Source: Basidiobolus ranarum
Lineage: Eukaryota
Assembly (NCBI GenBank): GCA_040143965.1
Contig: JASJQH010006878.1
Location: 54,159 to 74,158, forward strand
Length of the DNA stretch: 20,000 nucleotides
Direction: 5' to 3'
The notes under the pieces are model-generated. The model did no database searches. It was not told the origin of the DNA and was given only the letters and a program-made list of their open reading frames with translations. Below are positions 11,750 to 20,000 of the stretch, piece by piece. Position 1 is the first letter of the stretch, and each line of letters starts with the position of its first letter. The translations under genes and the position numbers were made by a program.

Positions 11750-12042
11750 TAAGACTACATGATGCATGTTTTTGTACACCATTCACTTTCTCTTGTCTTC
11801 TCACCTACCTACCTTTTTTCTATTCCATGTATAGTAATTCACGTTCTGTCCCATAAATCAAGAGTATCACAATCTCGGGAATAAAATATACATTCAACAA
11901 TTATCCAATGGATAGAGTTGACTTTATTATTATTAGAAGACAGTTAATTATATGATACAATTTTAGTTGACATTCAAATCTATAGTGATGTAACCATTAT
12001 TAAAGGGTTAAGGTTAGGGTTTTAGTATGGGGGAAAGGCTGT

Positions 12043-13353
12043 TTATACAGAGCCACAAACAGCAGACTGCTTAGGTTCTTCAGGCTCGAATAGCATCTCT
12101 ACATCTTCGAATTCTGGTAGATTTTCCAAACAGGATTGCTGACGGAAAAGGTGTAAATAGGCATCGGTTCCATAGCCTTCCATTGACACTACATTTAGAT
12201 CGCCACCAAAGTATCTGGAGATAAGTCTAGCTACCGATAAACCATGGCCATACCCCACCAAGGGTATATCCATATAATGGTTAAAGTCGGTACCCATCAG
12301 AGAAGACCCGTTGTTGGATGGCATAGAATAGGTATATCTCCATAGGTGGTTGATTTTAGACATAGGGATGCCTCCACCAACATCGGACACTTTAATGGTG
12401 ACATCCTCACCACCAGCAACAATAACGATCTTCACAGGTGGTAGACGATTGGAATGCTGGTGGGTCTCAACAGTTGCTTTGAGAGAGTTTTTCAGGATTT
12501 CGAACAAGCTACGATGTAAATACTCTTCTATGTAAAGAGGAGAGACGTTGTTATTTTTGGAAATGATCTCTACCTCGGGTGCTTCAAAGCCATATTGGTT
12601 GGAGCAAATTCTACGAGCATCATGGGCAGCTTTCTTTGCCACAACCAATGGAGAGACTTTCTCGACGATACTACGTTCCCTCTCGTGGAGAGAAACATGT
12701 TCACTTAGTAGAGTTCGAGTGCCTAGAGCCATAGTGTAATATTTATCAAAGAACTGTTTGAAGTTATTCTCAGTGAAATCGATTTTTTTGTTGGTAGTAT
12801 CCAAAAGTTCTTGCAATCCACGGCCAATAGAGAGATTGTTTACTCTCTGACGTTGCTGTAACTCTTTCAATAGCTCAGTGAAGTCTCTTTCTTCTGATTG
12901 TGACATTGGCTTTGGTGTCGCGGATAGCATTGCGATATCTTCAACGTATCTCTCGGAGATCTTTTGAAATGTGGGTAAATTCGACAAGTTATATGGGACA
13001 TCGTGTGCATTGATCATCTTTAGGGTTTGAGTAAGTCTAATAGGCAACTCCTGGTGCAGGAACTGTGCAGTCAATAGTGGATTGTGTGTCTTTGCCACGT
13101 GATTACCGAAAGAAAAGAGGTGTTGTAGCTAGAATTATAAGTGTCAGTTAGTACTCACGGCGTACATTTTCACTATTCTCAAGAGACTCGAGAAACTTAC
13201 CGAGACACGGGTGATCTTGGAGTTTGCTAGTCTAATAATATGGCCTTTAGGAAGGGCTTGAAGAGCAGAAGTAGGAATCATAATGCTAACTACTTGTATG
13301 AAGTTCGGGTGTGGTAAATGCATCGGGAGGCTGTCGACTTTTATAACAATCAT
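12043..13353 (-). CDS. Alpha-ketoacid dehydrogenase kinase (PDK/BCKDK family, GHKL fold), ~412 aa. Exons 13353-13201, 13128-12043
   Basis: VSLQHLFSFG, FLHQELPIRL, N-box FEILKNSLKATVE, G1 KVSDVGGGIP, G2 PLVGYGHGLSVARLISRYFGGDLNVVSMEGYGTDAYL. One gtaagt...tag intron, in frame. The start codon is uncertain. Confidence 0.9.
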
Positions 13354-13732
13354 TGGGTCGCAACCAGACTATCGGGAGAATTTTAGTGCTTGGTGTCTAC
13401 CTAATCAACACTAATCTCAGGAGATTTCTTTAGAGGCCTCAAGCGTGATTCTATTCCAAAATCTCGAACGAGAAGTACAGCAAATCAGGGAATTCGCTAT
13501 ATAAAAATGGAGATGGCGACCCCACTGATAAGAGAGATTGGGTGTTTTGATAGACTGCGCTATATTTGGTTAGGTATTTAGATCTTATCACAAAGCGTTG
13601 ACAGATTAACACCGCCAATCCATGGAAGAACTAAATACTATAATTCGAACTTAATTATAGCAGATTCATTGGATTCGCTAGAGATGCAGAATCAACGGAA
13701 TCACTCATTGTTTGCGGATGTCTAGAAACGTG

Positions 13733-13790
13733 ATCGGCCTACACAAAAAGACATCGGCCTAGAATACTCGCCCTAGATTACTCGCCCAGA
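13733..13790. repeat. Short direct repeats in the divergent PDK/RdRP intergenic region
   Basis: ATCGGCCTA at 13733 and 13753; tandem 14-mer CCTAGA(A/T)TACTCGC at 13758-13771 and 13772-13785, plus a partial copy. Confidence 0.6.
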
Positions 13791-14061
13791 GCCATGTGGA
13801 GATCGTTTCAAGAAACCAAATGGCCACGATTATTTGATAAAAAAATCAAAGCAACTGACGACACCTGGAATGCACATTGTGGCATGAGCATGACATGGGC
13901 CATTTATAGAAATTCTAATATACGGTAATCTTCATCATCTTAGCTAATCAAAAGTGTGAAATTATGTATGCAACATGAATAAATTTTTACTCATTTTCTA
14001 ATTCCATGATTCATTATGAAGACTTCGTGATTGAAAGCTTAATGGGACCTAGCATCTCACC

Positions 14062-17000
14062 ATGTCCAATAAAGAGGTAACTACTCTGAACACATACTAC
14101 TAGCGTTTGTTCTTGTGGAGCTAATAATTTCTTAGTTGAAAACGTTCTTTGACTTTGATGAGAGCTTTGTACTTAGGATCCGACGACCGAAAAAGCCATA
14201 CTTAGGGCCACTTTCATTCAGTTGTGTCAGTACATATGGTATCCATGATGTGGGTATTTTCGTTCAAAACCTTCCACCTACTATGAAAGCTGCAGAGATA
14301 AAAAAGTTTTTTTCTACTTGGGGGGATGTTACCTATTGTGATATTTTAAAGAACAAATATACTTCGAATAGCAATAGAGCTATTGTTTGTTTCAGACCTC
14401 CACCGGTTTCTTTAAGTTTCATGGATGAAAACCTTCAACCTTTGCACAATGGAAGAAGAGGAGAATGTCTATATATGGATTTAACTACAAATACTGCCCA
14501 GAAACTAAACCTTAGAGAAAAAGGGGAATCTGCCAAATCCCAAATTCGGTTCGATGCTCTTGATTTTAGCATGGGAGTTATCTCAAATGACAACAGGTTC
14601 GTGAGTGCGTGGAAACCCTCAGGTGAGAGTATCTTTGAGATAGATTACCATAAACGAATTATATACGTAAAATTTCGTCACAAGGACCAATTGTACAGAG
14701 TGGGGGTCATGTTTAATGAGATTTACAAAGGAATTGTGTTGGATGATAGTGATACGAACAAGTATGTATTGTACATACAGTTTTCTCGTCCCCCTTTCTT
14801 GTGGCACAAACAAGATTCGCTAGCATTACTTCTATCAACATTTGAAAATTGGAATGAAGAGAACTCGTGGCAACGTGCTTCACATATCATTAATCAGGAT
14901 TCGAATAGCACAGAAGTGGACGATTCAAGAATCAGTATTGGTGACTTTTTTGCTTATCGAATTAGTCTTCCTTTGTCGAATTCTTATGGAGAGTTATTTA
15001 AGGATTCTATTGATGATTTAATGCGATACAACCTTGTACCTCATGGAGTTGCAGTTCAACCTCCCACGGTGACGGATATTTCGAAGCTGGAGACAATTGA
15101 TATTGCCACATTACTACCGTTTAAGTTATACTACTTGATAGTGTGTCTGATATGCGCACAGAAGATAAGTTTATACAGCCTTTCCGAAGAATGTATTACC
15201 TATGTGAATAGTCTAGATCCTGATATGGCCGAGCATATATTTATGCGTATGATAGAGACTGAAGACTTGCTCGAAAACCCTTTGACTTTTATTCAGCAGG
15301 CAGTCTCAAGGCTTAGTAATGGCTACATCAAATTGGATGAAGTTCCTACGTACAATACGTGGATTCGCAGGGCCATCGTTACTCCAAGCAGAATCTACTA
15401 TCTACCACCAACTCTAGAGGTATCCAATAGAGTGGTGAGGCATTTTCATAAGCAGCAAGATTACTTCATCCGAGTGATATTTTCTGATGAGCACTTTGAG
15501 AAAGTTGGCACTAATCGATTACTTTATCAACCAATATTCGATCGAATCGAAGAGTTAATGAACAAGGGATTTTATCTCGCTGGTCGTCATTATAGATTCC
15601 TAGCCTTTTCTTCTTCGCAACTTCGTGAGCATTGTTGTTGGTTCTTTGCCGATACACCCGATGGAATTGATGTGGATTTCATACGTTCGTGGATGGGTGA
15701 TTTCAGTGAAATCAAAAATGTGGCTAAACATGCCGCTCGTATGGGACAATGCTTCTCCAGTACTCGGCCGGTGAAAACTCTAAAAAAAGAGCAAATTCAA
15801 GAGATACCGGATGTCATTCGAAATGGATATCTATTCTCAGATGGAGTTGGAAAGATCTCTATGTCGTTAGCTAAGGAGATTGCCGATCTTTATAAACGTG
15901 ACTCAGTTTCTGGTGCATTCCAGATTCGTCTTGGTGGCTATAAAGGAGTGTTGGCGGTTGCTCCCGAGAGCGAGATGGGTGATTGTTTGGTTCAATTGCG
16001 TCCAAGTCAAAAGAAATTCAACTCAGATCATCGTGCCCTGGAGATCATCAAAACCGCTGAGTTTATGCCAGCTTATCTGAACCGACAAGTAATCGTATTG
16101 CTGACTACCCTGGGCGTTCCTGACTCAGTGTTTATAGCATTACAAGAGGCATATTTGCGGGAAATGGAGGAGATTATCCATGATGAAGTGTTGGCCCTTA
16201 AAATCTTAGCACTTCATTGTAGTTCCAGTTGGATCATTGGGCCTTTAAGGAAAATGATTCAAAGTGGATTTCTGAAATATGGAGATAATTTTACGAAATC
16301 CATACTATCGTTACTGAGAATTAATGTTCTGAAAGATATTAAATACCGGGCGAGAGTACCAATCGAATTAGGGGCTCATTTAATGGGCGTTATGGACGAA
16401 ACCCAAACGCTTCGAGAAAATCAAATATCGCTTCGCTTTACTGATCCTAAACAGAACAATCTCATTAGAAGTTACGTTGGACCCGCTCTCGTTGTCCGAA
16501 ACCCATGTCTACATCCCGGTGATATTCACATGGTTGAAGCTGTCGATTGTCCACAACATCACTCTCTCATAAATTGTGTCGTCTTCTCCTCACAAGGCAG
16601 CCGAGACTTGCCAAGTCAATGCAGTGGTGGAGATCTGGATGGAGATACGTATATGGTTTTATGGGACGAACGTCTCTTTCCACCTCGTAAGGTACCACCA
16701 GTAAGCTATACTAAGCAGCAGAATGATGTAGTCAGTAAGGTTACAATCGAGGACACCGCCAAATTTTTCGTAAATTACATTGTTTCCGATAATCTGGGCG
16801 AGATTGCAAATGCCCATCTATCTTGGGCTGATCAGTCTTTAGCGTCTGCTTCATCAACCGAATGCACTTGGCTGGTTCATCTACATTCCAAAGCAGTGGA
16901 TTTTGTTAAAACCGGAATACCTGCGGAGTTCAGTTACTCCTTACGTCCGAAGTTGTGGCCAGATTTCATGGAGAAACCAAGCAGATTTACATACTCATCT

Positions 17001-17651
17001 GTTAGAGCTCTGGGTAAAATGTACAGAGACGGAGCCATGAAGCTACAAGGGAAGAGCAGACACCCGCCAATCACGGATGTGGAGGAAGTTCAGTTTGACT
17101 CCAAATTAATCGTGACTGGATATGACAAATACGTAGTAGAAGCTAGACGTTTGAAACACGAATACGACCTAACTCTAAAGAATGTCATGAATCAATTTGG
17201 AATAGAAAGTGAGGGAGAAGTCGTTTCTGGGTTTATTCAAAGTTATCCTCCTACAATGATCCGAAAGAAGGAAAAGACAGCGCTTCGAGAAACACTAAGC
17301 AATACTATCAACGTAATCTGGAGAACCTTCCGTAAACATTTTCATGATGAATTTCCGAAACCTACAGTGAAAGATGAGCGGCTAACGGCTGCGATGCAAT
17401 TGGAACGTAGAAGAAAGGCGAGTGCTTGGTACTATGTGACATATAATTCGAATGAGATCTCGCATCAGAAAAATCGGTATTATTATGGAGCTAACGATGA
17501 AACCATCCTAAATCCTCTTTCTGCGACCAATTTTAGTTTGTGCTATGGAGACAAGAAAGAAAAACCAATTTTCATATCCTTTCCTTGGATTGTACATGAT
17601 ATTTTATGCGAGATTCTGCTAGAAGCGACATTGTTCCGTAAAGCCAATTAA
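14062..17651 (+). CDS. Eukaryotic RNAi RNA-dependent RNA polymerase with an N-terminal RRM-like region, ~1176 aa. Exons 14062-14076, 14136-17651
   Basis: Motifs LEVSNRVVRHF, FLAFSSSQLRE, KHAARMGQCFSST, FSDGVGKIS, AFQIRLGGYKG, RNPCLHPGD, catalytic SGGDLDGD (DLDGD at 16632-16646) and HSKAVDFVKTG. The ORF track's TTG start sits directly after a tag acceptor; the upstream exon is ATG TCC AAT AAA GAG|gtaact. Confidence 0.95.
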
Positions 17652-17810
17652 TAAATCAGAGGCCAAGTTTATTGGGAATATTATCTTCCGTGCATCAACG
17701 TGCCCATCCATTGATTTACTTCGTAGAAGAAAGATACACTGTAAATTTACAAAATGGGGGATAGAAATAGAACTAAGGTGTGTGAGTTGAGGTTTAGCAA
17801 GTAGTACAGT

Positions 17811-19286
17811 TCACACGGTATTGGATGACCCAATATAGAGTAGAGAATGGAAGGCTGTGTAAAGAGCGGGTAAGTATACGGAAGGTCCAATGAAAGAATC
17901 AGTTTTACTTACGTTGTCGACAAATGGGGCATTTGCTACTTTGACACCTCAAGACCTCTGCACATTCTTTGCATAAGCACATATGTCGACATGGCAAAAC
18001 GGTAGTATCGCGTAGATCCGACATACAAATCACACATTCGCGAGCAGATGAAGGGTCATCCTCGTTGGTTTGAAGAGTATCTTGGTGTGATTGTGACTCT
18101 GAAAAGCCATAAATCTCTTGCAAGACAAAAGAGATCCCATTGATCTAATTGATGAAAGATGAATAAACTTGAAGATAAACAAAGCAACTCCTTGATCGTT
18201 ACCTTAACTTTTTGCTTCAGAGTCTGAATATCATATGTTCCTTCACTATTTACTGTCAAACTTATAAATGTGGATAGTGTATCAGGAACTTTGTCTACAT
18301 AATGTCGTTAATCATCAAGAGCCTTCATTGTAGACCTATTGAAATATACGTACCACCAGTGGTAATTGTTTCCAGCACAATGATTAAGGGATAACACAGG
18401 CTGCTTCGGTGGGTAGACGAAGTATCGTCCTGTATGATGATGCTATCTAAAGTTGGCTCCTTGAGTTCGAATCCGACTTCGTCTTCAGTATTTTGGTCAT
18501 TTTCAGGCTTGGGTGAATATTCATTCTTCGGTATATTCAATACAAGGTCACCCGGTTGAAACTTGTGAATGTCCAGTAATTGGTCGTTGGGCAAATAAAA
18601 CTTTTGGTTCAGTCCTGACTGAAAATTGAAAGTTGGAATAGTCTGTGAGGGGTACTTGAGTTTGTAGCTAAAGAGTATTGTGAGTGAAACTAATTATTTT
18701 AGTACGATAGATAAAGTAATGTACCCAACGCTGGTATCTTCATTTCCCCAAACCTCTTGCGCACACCAATAAAGTTTAATCTTGCAAGGATACAGGGAAT
18801 CAAAGGTAAATTCTATATTGTATTTGTTCCCAACCAGTCCTTCTTCATCATGAAAGTCGGTTTTAATAAGACTTAGAGTGGGGATTTTCAAGTTAATACT
18901 TGAACGAAATACTGTACAAGAGGACTTTATGCGTACCCGTAAGTAATTGCAAGTCAAATCCGAAATCAATATTAAGAAAAACTTACGTCTCGTCCACCAG
19001 TGCCATTGAGTGGTTCTGTGGTACTAGAGCCTACGCTGGTCTCATTTGCCTGAGTGCCTACACTTGCTTCACCTCTAGTAGTGCCAGAGCTCTCAGTAGC
19101 ATTTTCATCTATAAGGGCGAAGTGGGGACCAAAATACAAAGCTTGGGATAAAGAAAGATCTGCTGTCTCTGGTAAACTAAAGTTTCGCCCTTCTTCATGA
19201 TTGGTAACTTCCGGATGTTCTCTCGGAGTAAAGGAGAATATTGAACGAATACGTGCCGACAGAACGTCGAAAGTGCCGTTGGACAT
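17811..19286 (-). CDS. MGRN1/RNF157/LOG2-family RING E3 ubiquitin ligase, ~393 aa. Exons 19286-18987, 18924-18725, 18667-18354, 18294-18203, 18144-17913, 17854-17811
   Basis: RSSINLK, YNIEFTFDS, GLNQKF, YPLIIVLE, LKQKVKINGISFVLQEIYG, and RING [48 protein letters not shown]. Five GT-AG introns, phase-consistent. Confidence 0.92.
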
Positions 19287-19879
19287 TTTTCCAGCAAGGG
19301 GGTAAAAAGTTAAGAAAGGATAATCTAGAAGAATTTAGAGACTACAAGCTTTACTGTATCTATATTGTTGGAGTATGGAATAGTGTGACGCCTATTTTGT
19401 TCTTAATTTGTAGAAACTTTTAATGGCCCCTGGCATTATAATGAACCAAGTTTAATATGTATTATTCTGGTGTATGGCCAAATTATAGTGTGTCAGGTGA
19501 TGTATGAAATTCAGTTTTTGTTTAGATTCGCTCCATTAAGAGACTGTGGATTAAGGCTTAAACACATTTGAGTATTTTCTGATTAGGGTAAGGGTTTGTG
19601 GTTTATTATCATACCGTATGTGCTTAGCTCGCAAGCAGAATTCCCATGATATCGGCAGACATCCAGATAGTCCTCATCTCCTCTATTTCAACCATTTACC
19701 ATAAAGGCGTGACTGCTCAGCTTGTATTATGGACTTGTATGTAACCCACCGATCAACTCAATCCTCATATTGATACCAGTAGACGAAGGTTTAATTACAA
19801 TAAATTATGTTTTTTAGATCAAGTTCTGTATTGGCTTTATTACATTATATTTTACATAGAGTGTTGATACTAACAGGTC

Positions 19880-20000
19880 TCAGTTAGAATTAGCATCCAT
19901 GCGGGCATCTCCTTTGGTAGCTCCAACCTTGCCTTCAGCTTGCATCTGCTCGTTGCCGATGGCTGAACCGACAGTGTCCTTGACATTACCCTTGAGTTTC
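19880..20000 (-). CDS. CsbD-like small hydrophilic stress protein, 3' end only
   Basis: The minus frame reads KLKGNVKDTVGSAIGNEQMQAEGKVGATKGDARMDANSN*, matching the CsbD pattern (KGxxKExxGxxxGNxxxxAEG...KG). Not in the ORF track. Confidence 0.8.
   Translation of the reverse strand, partial: KLKGNVKDTVGSAIGNEQMQAEGKVGATKGDARMDANSN

Noticed and set aside
14136-17651. RdRP as an endogenous viral element
   Set aside because: It is a cellular double-psi-barrel RdRP with DLDGD, not a viral palm-domain GDD polymerase. It has an intron and no viral neighbours.
19430-19870. Possible extra gene or ncRNA between the MGRN1-like and CsbD-like genes
   Set aside because: Only short ORFs; no consistent exon chain or recognisable RNA motif.

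Overview
Gene-dense, AT-rich eukaryotic DNA with short (~55-90 nt) GT-AG introns. It most likely comes from an early-diverging (non-Dikarya) fungus; this is an inference from protein character, intron size and a U12-type intron. I reconstructed 11 genes by hand: a BRCA1-like C3HC4 RING gene (minus, runs off the left edge), SYF1/XAB2, an orphan protein with a repeated 32-aa motif and a PFU-like C-terminus, an HMG-box protein, a DinB/YfiT-like protein, RPN10, MetAP2, a divergent PDK/BCKDK kinase, an RNAi RNA-dependent RNA polymerase, an MGRN1/LOG2-type RING ligase, and the 3' end of a CsbD-like gene. The most notable points are: a textbook U12-type (minor spliceosome) intron in SYF1; a BRCA1-like RING gene missed by the ORF track that shares an intron position with human BRCA1; the orphan repeat protein; and an animal/plant-like Rpn10 with three UIMs and a RAZUL-like tail. 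I see no mobile element, CRISPR array, tRNA or rRNA. Exon boundaries are predictions without transcript support.
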